In this document: in pieces, positions 21,387-33,681 of the stretch | Layout of the letters: each line of letters starts with the position of its first letter | How positions within the stretch are numbered: the stretch's first letter is position 1 | Source: an uncultured delta proteobacterium | GTDB taxonomy: Bacteria; Myxococcota; UBA727; VGSZ01 | Length of the DNA: 64,000 nt | Direction: 5' to 3' | NCBI GenBank assembly: GCA_963775425.1 | Contig: CAVZJB010000016.1 | Location: forward strand, 992,001-1,056,000 | The notes under the pieces: generated by a model | What the model was told of the DNA's origin: nothing | Seen by the model: the letters and a program-made list of their open reading frames with translations, nothing else | The model's database searches: none | Program-made: the position numbers and the translations under genes

Positions 21387-23147
21387 ATGGGAGAACCGGA
21401 GCAGTCGCCGCCGTCGAGCCGCTGGGATCCACGCGACCAGGAGCACCTGCGCCGCGTGGTCGCGCTGCGGCCCGAGGTGGACACGCAGCTCGGCGGCACC
21501 GAGCACGCGGCCGAGCTCGGCGAGACCACCGTCGAGGCCCGGCAGGGCTTGCTCGAGGCCCTCGTCGCGTGGCGCCGTGATCTCGAGACGCAGATGAACG
21601 ACTCGCGCGAGCGCATGCTCGACGTGCGCGTCTTCGCGGCGTCGCTCGAGCTGTTCCGCTTCTCCGAGGAGCAGGTGGCGATGCACCGCCACGATCCCGA
21701 CAGCGCCACGTCGCTGTTCGAGACGCTGCTGTACCACCTGCGCGGCCACGCCGAGAGCGAAGCGGAGCGCTTCGCCACCCTCGCCCAGCGCCTGCGCCTC
21801 GTCGGCAACCACTTCGAAGGCGCGCGCGCCGGCGTCGACAAGCCCTCGGCGGAGCTCGTGCTGCGCGCCCGCGACGTCCTCGACGGCGCCCCCAATCTCC
21901 TGCGCGCCGTCGCCGACGCCAGCCGCCACGCGGCCGCGAGCCCCCCGCCGGGCGCCAGCGCCATCCCCGCCGCCGTCAGCGCCGAGGTGCAGGAGGCGGT
22001 GCAGGTCGCCGCCGCCGCCGTCGACGATCAGCGCCGCTGGCTCGCGTCGCTCGAGGCGCGACCGCACGAGCCCATCGGCCTCCCGGCCCTCGACGAGCTC
22101 CTGCGCCTGCGCGGCCTCGACCTCACCGCCGCGGAGGTGCTCGACCTCGCGCGCAGCATCGCCGAGGAGCTGCGCGTCGAGCAGGCGCGCGCGGCCAAGC
22201 GGCTGACCCGCAAGGGGCCGCCGCGCACGGTCGACGAGTCCGTGGCGCAGGCGCGCGCCGCCACCACCCCCACCAGCCTCGGCGAGGCCATCGCGTGGCT
22301 CAGCGACCTCGTCGGCGTGTCACGCGAGTGGCTGCAACAGCAGGGCGCGGTGCCGTTGCCCGACACCGACGCCGAGCGCATCGTCGTCGAGGCCATGCCC
22401 ACGGTGCTCGCGCCTTCGGGCCGCGCGCTCCTGCACCTGCCGCCGCAGCCGAAGGCGCCGCGGCAGGAGAGCCTGCTCCTCGTGCGCGAGCCGCTCGGGC
22501 CGCAGGCGGAGGCGCTGCAGGAGCTCTCCGTCGCCGATCTCGAAAACGCCTCCGCGTCGCTGGCGTACCCCGGGCGCCACCTGCAGAGCGTGTGGACCAA
22601 CCTCGCCACCACCATCGCGCGCCGCGGCGTTCCGCTCGGCAGCTTCGGCAGCGTCGCGGGCACGTGGGGCATGGACATGGTCCACGGCTGGTCGCACTCC
22701 GCCGAAGAGCTGATGCGCGAGATGCAGTTCCGGCCGTCGCCCGCCAGCCGCCTCATCATGGTGCGCCGCGCGCTCTTGACGACGCTGCTCGCCGCCGTCG
22801 ACGTCAACCTCAGCATCGGCCGCATGACGCCCGAGCAGGCCGCCGTGTTCCTCGTGCGCCGGGCGGGCGTCCGCCTGCCGGTGGCGCGGGCGCAGGTGCG
22901 CACGCTGTTGCGCGCGCCCACGCTCGGCCTCTCCGCGCTCGTCGGCAAGGTGCGCATCGAGCAGCTCCGCCGGGAGGCGCACAAGCGCTGGCGCGACGGC
23001 TACAGCGAGAAGCGCTTCCACTCGCTGCTGCTCGTGAGCGGTCCCCTGCCCCTCGCGTACCTCTTCGAGCGCTTGCAGGACCCGCCCACCTTCGTCAGCG
23101 ACGTGCCCACGGCCTCGTTCGCCGACGGCAACGGCGCCCCCAAGTAG
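21387..23147 (+). CDS. DUF885-family protein, divergent
   Basis: AYPGRHLQ, GWSHSAEELM, AVDVNLS, FHSLLLVSGPLPL match the DUF885 C-terminal pattern. Confidence 0.75.
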   Translation: MGEPEQSPPSSRWDPRDQEHLRRVVALRPEVDTQLGGTEHAAELGETTVEARQGLLEALVAWRRDLETQMNDSRERMLDVRVFAASLELFRFSEEQVAMHRHDPDSATSLFETLLYHLRGHAESEAERFATLAQRLRLVGNHFEGARAGVDKPSAELVLRARDVLDGAPNLLRAVADASRHAAASPPPGASAIPAAVSAEVQEAVQVAAAAVDDQRRWLASLEARPHEPIGLPALDELLRLRGLDLTAAEVLDLARSIAEELRVEQARAAKRLTRKGPPRTVDESVAQARAATTPTSLGEAIAWLSDLVGVSREWLQQQGAVPLPDTDAERIVVEAMPTVLAPSGRALLHLPPQPKAPRQESLLLVREPLGPQAEALQELSVADLENASASLAYPGRHLQSVWTNLATTIARRGVPLGSFGSVAGTWGMDMVHGWSHSAEELMREMQFRPSPASRLIMVRRALLTTLLAAVDVNLSIGRMTPEQAAVFLVRRAGVRLPVARAQVRTLLRAPTLGLSALVGKVRIEQLRREAHKRWRDGYSEKRFHSLLLVSGPLPLAYLFERLQDPPTFVSDVPTASFADGNGAPK

Positions 23148-23156
23148 CCGCTGCGC

Positions 23157-23768
23157 TCACGGCGCGAGCTCGGCGGAGTCGACGCTCACCGTGCGGCGCA
23201 GGCCGTCGAGCACGAGGGTGACGTCGACGACGACGTGGCCGGAGGGCGCGGCGTCGTAGACGAGCTTGCCGCGCTCCGCGATGCACGACGCGAGCACCGG
23301 CGACGGCGCCACGGGCATGGTGACCACGGCCGCGCCGTGGCCGGCGACGACGCGCACCGAGGCCTTGCCGCCGAGCGCCGGGTCGAAGCGCAGCGCGGCC
23401 TTGAGGCACTCCTCGACGACGGGCACCACGAGCGCGGCGACGTCGGCGGTCTTCACCGGCGGTCCAGGCACGATCACCGGCCCCGCGTCCGGCGGCGGCG
23501 TCGGACCGATCAGGGGCGCGCCGGCGTCGACGACGACGCCCGCGTCGGCGACGGCCACGCCGGCGTCCGCGCGCGGACGGGCGGCCGGCCTCACGAGGCC
23601 GGCGTCGGGCTCCACCTCGTGCGGCACGCCGCGCGGCGTGTCGCGCGTGGCCCACGCCGACACCGCGAGCCCGAAGACGAACAACACCGCGGCGACGGCG
23701 CCGGCGAGGAGGCCGCGCCAGGGCGCGCGCTTCTTGGGCTCACCGGCGTCCCTGGCGACGAGCGACAT
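23157..23768 (-). CDS. Single-TM protein with AgmX/PglI-like (TonB C-terminal-like) domain
   Basis: TM helix, DAG repeats, VEECLKAALRFDPALGGK...SCI. Confidence 0.6.
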   Translation of the reverse strand: MSLVARDAGEPKKRAPWRGLLAGAVAAVLFVFGLAVSAWATRDTPRGVPHEVEPDAGLVRPAARPRADAGVAVADAGVVVDAGAPLIGPTPPPDAGPVIVPGPPVKTADVAALVVPVVEECLKAALRFDPALGGKASVRVVAGHGAAVVTMPVAPSPVLASCIAERGKLVYDAAPSGHVVVDVTLVLDGLRRTVSVDSAELAP

Positions 23769-24349
23769 CTACAACACGGCGACGCCGACGTCGCCGCCCT
23801 CGAACCGCGCGATGACGCCGCCCTCCTCGAGCAGGCGCGCGAACCGCGGCCGGAACACGCGCCCGGGGTCGCCGACGACGACGACGGCGCCGGCGCGCTT
23901 GGCCTCGAGCGCGCGGCGCGCCGCGGCGTCGGCGAGCTCGGCTTCATAGAGGAGATCGGCGACGACGACGACGTCCGCCTGTGGGAGGGGCTCGACGCCG
24001 GCGACGTCGAAGAGCGCGGTGTCGACCGTGAAGCCCGCGTGGTCGGCGGCGCGGCGGAGCAGCGCGAGCGCGCCCGCGTCGATGTCGGTGGCGATGACGC
24101 GCGCGCCGTGACGCGCGGCGACGAGCGAGACGAGGCCCGTGCCGCACCCGATCTCGAGCACGCGCTTTCCGGCCAACGGCATGCCGGCGATGACGCGCGC
24201 GACGACCGGCGCGCTCGACCACAACACGCGGCCGTAGGGCGCGGGGCCGCCGCGGGCGATGGCGTCGTCGAGGTCGCGCTCGGCGTCGGCCGTCTCGAAG
24301 ATGGTGAGGGGCCCGCCGGGCGCGTCGACGTGGCTCTCGCGAAGCGCGC

Positions 24350-24353
<4 letters not shown>
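23769..24353 (-). CDS. Class I SAM-dependent methyltransferase (lysine MTase/Methyltransf_16-like)
   Basis: PYGRVLWSSA, VLEIGCGTG, ATDID, ADLLYE, GDPGR. Confidence 0.85.
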
Positions 24354-27699
<3,346 letters not shown>

Positions 27700-27703
<4 letters not shown>

Positions 27704-29163
27704 TCCGTCCCCCGGCGGCGCGCGACGACGGTGCGCGCCAGGAGGTCACCGAGGCCGCGCCGGCGCCTGTCGAGGAACACGCCCCAAAGCGGGCCGCACA
27801 AAAACGCCGCCGTGCCCACGGCGACGCCGAGGGCGCGCGCGCACACGCGCAGCAGGCCCGGGCGCGCGCCGTCCCTGAGGCGCAGCACCCGCAGCCCGCA
27901 GATGCGCTGGCCGAGGGTGCCGCCGAACAGCAACACCGACAGCCCCTGGTAGACGACGAGGCCCGCGAGGGGCGCGGCGCCGACGGCGACGGCGGCGAGC
28001 ACCGGCTGCGCGTGGATGAAGTCGACGATGGGCTGCACCGCGAGCCGCACCCCCTGCGACGTCAAGGCGCCCGCGCCCGCGCCGGCGGCGCAGGCCGCGC
28101 CAAGCAACGCGTCGACGACGGTGGAGGCCGCCCAGCGCGCACCGCCGGTGAGGTCGAGGACGACGCGCTCGGGCGGCGTGAAGCCGACGGGGGCGTCCTC
28201 GCCGGTCTCCGCCGTGGCGACGAGCGCGGGCCTCGGCGTCGGCTCGACGTCGCTGGTGCGCCCGCCGGGCCCGCCGCCGGGCGCGGCGTGCTCCCCGCCC
28301 CGGTCGTCGTCGTGCGCGCGCGCGGCGGGCCGCGCCGGCGTCGTCAGCGCGGGGCGCAGACCCGCGGGCGTGGCCTCGTCGGCGGGCGGCGCGCCGCCGA
28401 CGACGGGCGCGGACCGGACCGGGGCCTTCGCCGCCGCGGGGGCGGCAGGGCGCGACGCCGCCGCGGCGGGGACGGGCAAGGCCTCGGTGGGCGGCATCGA
28501 CGGGATCGGATCGAGCCGCGGCCCCGGCGCCGGCTGCGACGCCCGGTGCGAGCCCGGCTGCGATGCCGGCTGCGGGCCAGGCCGCGGCGCCGTCGACGAG
28601 GTGGGCGGCGGCGCCAGCGGGCGCGTCGGCTGGTCCGCGATCGGGTCGAGCGGCCTCGGCGGGCGCGCGGCCGGGTCGAGCGACGGCATGCTCACCGGCG
28701 ACGGGCGCATGGCCTTGGTGGGCGCGAGCATCTCGGCGCTCGTCTGGATGGGCGGCGGCGACGAGACGGCGACGGGCTGGGCGGGCGCCCGCGGCGCCGG
28801 CGCGCGCGCGCCTGACGACGGACCCGACGGCGGGCCTGACGACGGGCCCGACGACGGGCCTGACGACGGGGCGGAGGGGTGCCGGCGCACGACGGTGGGA
28901 TCGTCGGCGCTCACGTTGGGGTTTCGCGGGACGATGTCGATGGGTGCAGGCGCCAGCGGTCCGGGGCGCTTGAGGATGCGCGGCGGTTGTCCCGGCGCCT
29001 GCGCGGGCGCGTCGGGGACGGTGGAGGGCGAGTCGATCAGCGTGGCCGGCCCGTCGAGGACGGTGGCGGCGCCGGCGGGCCGCATCATGGGGAGCGCACG
29101 TCCGCACTCGGCGCACGTGCGCGCGCCACCCGCGTTCCTCGCGCCGCAGCTCGGACAGAACAT
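27700..29163 (-). CDS. Zinc-ribbon + Pro-rich linker + RDD domain membrane protein
   Basis: MFCPSCGARN...CAECG; RWAASTVVD, GTLGQRICGLRV, RRGLGDLLARTVV. Confidence 0.85.
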
Positions 29164-29241
29164 CGCGTGCCGGGATAGCACAAGTGTCGACGTTGGCGCG
29201 CCACCGTGACAGGGAGCGCGCGGGCCGCGCGGCGGCGCGTG

Positions 29242-29988
29242 TCAGAGCCGGCCGAGGGCGACCTGCGCCGCCGCCAGGGCGACGACGGCGGCGGTCTCCG
29301 TGCGCAGCACATGGGTGCCGAGGCGCACCGGCACGGCGCCCGCTGCGCACAGCGCGTCGACCTCGCGGGCGTCGAGGCCGCCCTCGGGGCCGACGACGAC
29401 GAGCAGGCCACCTGCTTCGAGCGCCGGCAACGACGCGGCCAGCGCCTCCGACAACGGCGCCGGCGCGTCGACGACCCCCACGACGGCGACGCCCACGAAG
29501 GTGCGCACCCGGGCGGCGAGGGTGTCGACGTCGACGGGGCCCTCCACGAGGGGCGCCGTCGCCCGGCCGGATTGGCGCGCGGCGTCGTCGGCGATGCGCT
29601 GCAGGCGGTCGCGGCGCTTGGCCGCGCGGGCCTCGTCGAGCTTCACCTGGCCGCGCGCGCACGCGACCAGGACGAACGCGGAGGCGCCGAGCTCGGTGCT
29701 CTTCTGGGCGGCCAGCTCGAGCTTCTCGGTGCGCGTGACCGCCTGCGCGACGACAAGGGGCGGGAGCGCGACGCCGGCGTCGACGACGACGGCGCCGGCG
29801 ATCCCGGCGGGGGGCTCGAGGACGCCCCGCGCGACGCGCCCGGTGCCGTCGAACAGCTCCACGGGCGCGCCCGCGGCGAGGCGCAGGACGCGAAAGAACC
29901 GGTGGGCGCAGTCGGGCGGCAGGGCCACGCGTCCGTCGACGACGGCGTCGAGCACGGCCGGGTCGACGTGGGCGCGGCGCAGCGCCAT
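29242..29988 (-). CDS. rsmE: 16S rRNA m3U1498 methyltransferase
   Basis: RVLRL, QKSTELG, ARQSGR, VGPEGG, LGTHVLRTETA. Confidence 0.95.
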   Translation of the reverse strand: MALRRAHVDPAVLDAVVDGRVALPPDCAHRFFRVLRLAAGAPVELFDGTGRVARGVLEPPAGIAGAVVVDAGVALPPLVVAQAVTRTEKLELAAQKSTELGASAFVLVACARGQVKLDEARAAKRRDRLQRIADDAARQSGRATAPLVEGPVDVDTLAARVRTFVGVAVVGVVDAPAPLSEALAASLPALEAGGLLVVVGPEGGLDAREVDALCAAGAVPVRLGTHVLRTETAAVVALAAAQVALGRL

Positions 29989-30440
29989 CAGACGCGGGAC
30001 GACGCGATCAGGTCGTCGGCCCGCCGCAGGCGACGCGAGAGCTCGCGCGCGAGGTTCATGACGAGCAGCGTGTAGCACCTGCTGTCTTTGCAGTAGCGGT
30101 CATGGATGGCTGCGTACGGCCACACCCACAGGACCGACCTCGCCAACGCGCGCACCGTGGCCGAACGCGGCTGCATGTCGATGAACGACATCTCCCCGAA
30201 CGACTCGCCGGGCCGGATGCGCCAGAGCTGGATCTCGCCGTCGCCCTTTCGCTTCACGACGTCGAGCGAGCCGCTCTCGAGGACGTACAGGCTGCGGGCG
30301 GCGTCCTCCTCGTGGAAGATCTCGGCGTCCTGCTCGATGACCAGGACCTCCGCCTGGTCGGCGAAGGCGCGCAGCGCGTCCTCGTTCAGACCGCCGAACA
30401 GCGGGAGCTTGCCGAGATCGGATGACGTCGGGCGCCGCAT
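29988..30440 (-). CDS. Stand-alone cyclic nucleotide-binding domain protein
   Basis: LPLFGGL, GESFGEMSFIDMQPRSATVRA phosphate-binding cassette; no HTH. Confidence 0.9.
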   Translation of the reverse strand: MRRPTSSDLGKLPLFGGLNEDALRAFADQAEVLVIEQDAEIFHEEDAARSLYVLESGSLDVVKRKGDGEIQLWRIRPGESFGEMSFIDMQPRSATVRALARSVLWVWPYAAIHDRYCKDSRCYTLLVMNLARELSRRLRRADDLIASSRV

Positions 30441-30443
30441 GGG

Positions 30444-30665
30444 ATGGGATATACCGTACCTGTGTGGTCTCCGCTGACCCCTGCCCTGCGAGAAGAGATC
30501 CTGCGCCACCGCCTGGCCTTCACATGTGAGGACTGCGCGCACTTCGTCCCGCGGGAGGGAGCGTGCGATTTGCTCTACCCGACGGAGCCCCACCGGCGCG
30601 CCACGGTGGACAAGAAGGTCGATGGAGATCCGCTCCTGTTCTGCAAGATGTTCGAAGCTGCTTGA
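30444..30665 (+). CDS. Small Cys-rich hypothetical protein
   Basis: FTCEDCAHF...C...HR...FCKMFE four-Cys pattern. Confidence 0.7.
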   Translation: MGYTVPVWSPLTPALREEILRHRLAFTCEDCAHFVPREGACDLLYPTEPHRRATVDKKVDGDPLLFCKMFEAA

Positions 30666-30716
30666 CGCAGCTTTTGCGATCGTGGGAGGAAGCGCCCGAC
30701 TCCCCGGAGCAGGTGC

Positions 30717-30983
30717 ATGACGAAGTTCGGCAAGAAGTTCACGTGCTGGAAGTGCAGCACCAGGTTCTACGACTTGAACAAGCCGAACCCGAAGTGCCCC
30801 AAATGCGGCGCGGACCCCGAGGACGATCCCAACAAGGGCGTTCCCATGGCGGCCGCGCCCGCGTTCGGAGACGACGCGGCGGACGACGACGTCGAGGACA
30901 TCGCCGACGACGCTGCCGAGGAAGAAGAGCTCGAGGAAGAGGGCGCCGAGGAAGAGGCGGCCGGCGGCGAAGAGGACTTCTGA
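30717..30983 (+). CDS. FYDLN acid domain protein (TIGR02300-like)
   Basis: [25 protein letters not shown] followed by an acidic tail. Confidence 0.92.
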   Translation: MTKFGKKFTCWKCSTRFYDLNKPNPKCPKCGADPEDDPNKGVPMAAAPAFGDDAADDDVEDIADDAAEEEELEEEGAEEEAAGGEEDF

Positions 30984-31011
30984 GCCAGCGGTTCCGAGGG
31001 AGCCGTTCCGT

Positions 31012-31250
31012 GCGACCCGCGTGAAAAACCCGGTCTGAGCGACCCGTCTGAGCGACCCGTCTGAGCGACGCGACCCGTCAGAGCGACCCGATCCCGTCTG
31101 AGGGACGCGACCCTTCACAGCGACCCGATCCGTTTGAGGGACGCGACCCGTGAGGGCGACCCGCCCGTCAGGCGATCTGTGGTGACGCGCGGTGCCCGCG
31201 GCGCCGTCAGGGCGCTCGCGCTCCGTCAGGGCGCCCGCGCTCCGTCAAGC
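31012..31250. repeat. Intergenic degenerate tandem repeat tract
   Basis: Nine GCGACCC copies (31012-31162), 13-bp GTCTGAGCGACCC units, and a 19-bp CCGTCAGGGCGCYCGCGCT tandem. Confidence 0.88.
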
Positions 31251-31289
31251 GATCCACTCTGGGCGCCGCGCTCTGCTGCGAGCCAGGGG

Positions 31290-31427
31290 CTAGACCTTCA
31301 CGACCTTGAAGAGCTCTTCGCGGCTCTTGGTGCTGCCGTGGTTGGCCAGGCGGTTCTTCCGCCAACGGCCGCCGCGCTTGGCCTTGCGGTTGCGGATGAT
31401 CTCGGTCTGCTTGCACGGGGACGCCAT
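31290..31427 (-). CDS. 45-aa highly basic small protein
   Basis: MASPCKQTEIIRNRKAKRGGRWRKNRLANHGSTKSREELFKVVKV*; GAGG RBS-like sequence upstream; starts 8 nt after the rlmB stop. Confidence 0.75.
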   Translation of the reverse strand: MASPCKQTEIIRNRKAKRGGRWRKNRLANHGSTKSREELFKVVKV

Positions 31428-31435
31428 TTCGAACC

Positions 31436-32266
31436 TCACGGCTTGGAAGTGCGCTCGGAGGTAGCAGCCGTGGCCCGTTGCCGCAAGCACTCGTACAGGA
31501 GCACCGTGGCCGCGTCGGCGGCGTTGAGGCTGGTCCCCGCGGCCGCCATGGGGATCGCCACGACGTGGTCGCAGGCCTCGCGGGTGAGCCGTCGCAGGCC
31601 GCGGTCCTCGCCCCCCACCACGAGCGCGATGCTGCCGGTGAGGTCCACGTCCCACGGCGCGGCGGAGGCGTCCGCCTCGGCGCCCACGAGCCAGGCCCCC
31701 TTGTCCTTCAACAGCTCGAGGCCGCGGCGCAGGTTCCCGACGCGCGCGACGCCGATGCGCGACAGCGCCCCCGCCGCCGCCTTGTGCGCGCTGGCGGTGC
31801 AGGCGGCGGCGCGGTCGCGGGGCACGACGACGAGGCCGGCGCCGAGCGCGAACGCGGCGCGTGCGGCGGCCCCGAGGTTTCTCGGGTCCTCGACGCCGTC
31901 GAGCACGAGGGTGAGCGGCGGCGCCTCGGCGAGATCCTCGACGTCGACGTACGGAAAGGGCCCGCAGGACAGGACCGCGCCTTGATGCACCGTGCCCTTG
32001 CCGGCCAGCGCGTCGAGCTCGGCGGCGTCGACGACGTCGACGGGCACGCCGGCCCGGCGCGCGGGCGCCTCGAGCCCGCCGGCGGCGCCGCCGCGCTGCA
32101 GCCACAGGCGCCTGGCGCGCGAAGGCTGGTGCTCGAGGACCGCGTGCACGGGGTGGCGGCCGACGACGTGGAGCTCGGGATCGAGCGGCCCCGATCCGGG
32201 CCCACGCTCGCTGCGGCCGCGGTCGTCGCGGCCGCGGGGCCGGCTGTCCGGGCGGGGACGCCTCAC
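31436..32266 (-). CDS. rlmB: 23S rRNA Gm2251 2'-O-methyltransferase (TrmH family)
   Basis: GRHPV, HQG, LDGVEDPRNLGA, GGEDRGL, SLNAA motifs. Confidence 0.92.
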   Translation of the reverse strand: MRRPRPDSRPRGRDDRGRSERGPGSGPLDPELHVVGRHPVHAVLEHQPSRARRLWLQRGGAAGGLEAPARRAGVPVDVVDAAELDALAGKGTVHQGAVLSCGPFPYVDVEDLAEAPPLTLVLDGVEDPRNLGAAARAAFALGAGLVVVPRDRAAACTASAHKAAAGALSRIGVARVGNLRRGLELLKDKGAWLVGAEADASAAPWDVDLTGSIALVVGGEDRGLRRLTREACDHVVAIPMAAAGTSLNAADAATVLLYECLRQRATAATSERTSKP

Positions 32267-33006
32267 GCGGCGCCTTCGTCGCGGGCGCGCTCGATCTCCT
32301 CGAGGATGCGCGCGGCGGCCTCGGCAGGATCGGGGGCGGCGCGGATGGGCCGGCCCACGACGACGCGGTCGGCCCCGGCGCGGACGGCCTCGGCAGCGGT
32401 GGCGGTGCGCGCTTGATCGTCGCGGGTGCCGTCGTCCTTGGGCCGGATGCCGGGGCACACGATGGCCATGTCCGGGCCGACAATCGCGCGCACGGCGGCG
32501 GCCTCGTCGGGGGAGCACACGATCCCGTACAGGCCGGCGTCGCGCGCGAGGCCGGCGAGGCGGGCGACGACGGTGTCGGGGCCGTCCGCGAAGCCGACGG
32601 CGGCGAGGTCCTTGCCGGACAGGGACGTCAGCGCCGTCACCGCGAGCAGGCGCGTGCCGTGGCCGCCGGGGACCATCGTCTGCCCCGACAGCGCCTCCTG
32701 CGCCGCGCGCAACATCGCCGGCCCGCCGGACGCGTGCACGGTGAGGAGGCCGACCTCGTGGCGGGCGGCGGCGCGCACGGCGCCGGCGACGGTGTTGGGG
32801 ATGTCGTGGAGCTTGAGATCGAGGAAGACCTCGGCCTCCTCCTTGCGCAGCGCCTTCAGCACCGCCGGGCCCGCCGCCGTGTAGAGCTCGAGGCCGACCT
32901 TGTACGTGCCGACGACGCCACGGGTACGGCGCACGAGGTCGAGGGCGCTCTCGAGGTCCGGGGTGTCGAGGGCGAGGATGAGCCTTTGCTGGATGGGGAT
33001 GTCCAC
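32263..33006 (-). CDS. pyrF: Orotidine-5'-phosphate decarboxylase
   Basis: LILALD, KVGLEL, DLKLHDIPNTV, PGIR, VVGRPI. Confidence 0.97.
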   Translation of the reverse strand: MDIPIQQRLILALDTPDLESALDLVRRTRGVVGTYKVGLELYTAAGPAVLKALRKEEAEVFLDLKLHDIPNTVAGAVRAAARHEVGLLTVHASGGPAMLRAAQEALSGQTMVPGGHGTRLLAVTALTSLSGKDLAAVGFADGPDTVVARLAGLARDAGLYGIVCSPDEAAAVRAIVGPDMAIVCPGIRPKDDGTRDDQARTATAAEAVRAGADRVVVGRPIRAAPDPAEAAARILEEIERARDEGAA

Positions 33007-33141
33007 GCGGCCGCAATAGCCGAGGCGCCACGCCCGGCAAAGGCTGGACTCTGCGGCGCGACGACATTGTCGACGGCACGACGCGTGTCGCTGACGACGA
33101 CGTCTTGCCCCGCCGCGACTGTCTACGCAGCGCGGTCGGCG

Positions 33142-33678
33142 TCAGCCTTTCCGCTTCTTGTCGAGGTCGGCGAGCAGGGCCTTCAGCTCGGCGTTTTGCG
33201 GCTCGAACATGATGGCCGTCTGGATGTTTTTGTACGCCTTGTCCCACTGGGACTTCTTCATATCCAAAAGCGCGGTCTGGTAGAGCTGCTCACCCTTGGG
33301 GGTCTTGGCGACCTTGACGGCCTTCTTCGCCTGTTCCTTCTGCTCCGCCTCCGACTCTTCGTTGAAGCGGAGCTTCCTCATGCGGTCCGGGCCGTTGATG
33401 TCGGCGACGTACTTGATGCGCTTTCGCTCGTCTTTCAGGATTGTGTAGGACTCGACAACACGCTTGTAGATCTTATGCACTGCCGCCTTGGTCTCTTCCT
33501 CGGTGATATGGAAGAACTTATCGGGGTGCAGCGCGCGGGCGAGCGCGTAGTAGCTCTGCCGGATCTGCTGCCCCGACGCGCCGGACGTGAGGTTCAGGAT
33601 CTGGAAGTAGTCCAGCCCGTCGATGTTCCCCGCGAGCTGCTTGAGCGAAGGCCAATACTGCGGATCGGTGTAGTCCAT
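33142..33678 (-). CDS. J-domain protein with C-terminal TPR
   Basis: DYFQILNL...LHPDK J motif; TPR-like GEQLYQTAL...FEPQN. Confidence 0.9.
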   Translation of the reverse strand: MDYTDPQYWPSLKQLAGNIDGLDYFQILNLTSGASGQQIRQSYYALARALHPDKFFHITEEETKAAVHKIYKRVVESYTILKDERKRIKYVADINGPDRMRKLRFNEESEAEQKEQAKKAVKVAKTPKGEQLYQTALLDMKKSQWDKAYKNIQTAIMFEPQNAELKALLADLDKKRKG

Positions 33679-33681
33679 CCC

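Noticed and set aside
31012-31250. Possible CRISPR array
   Set aside because: Repeats are too short and irregular, there are no unique 30-40 nt spacers, and no cas genes are present.
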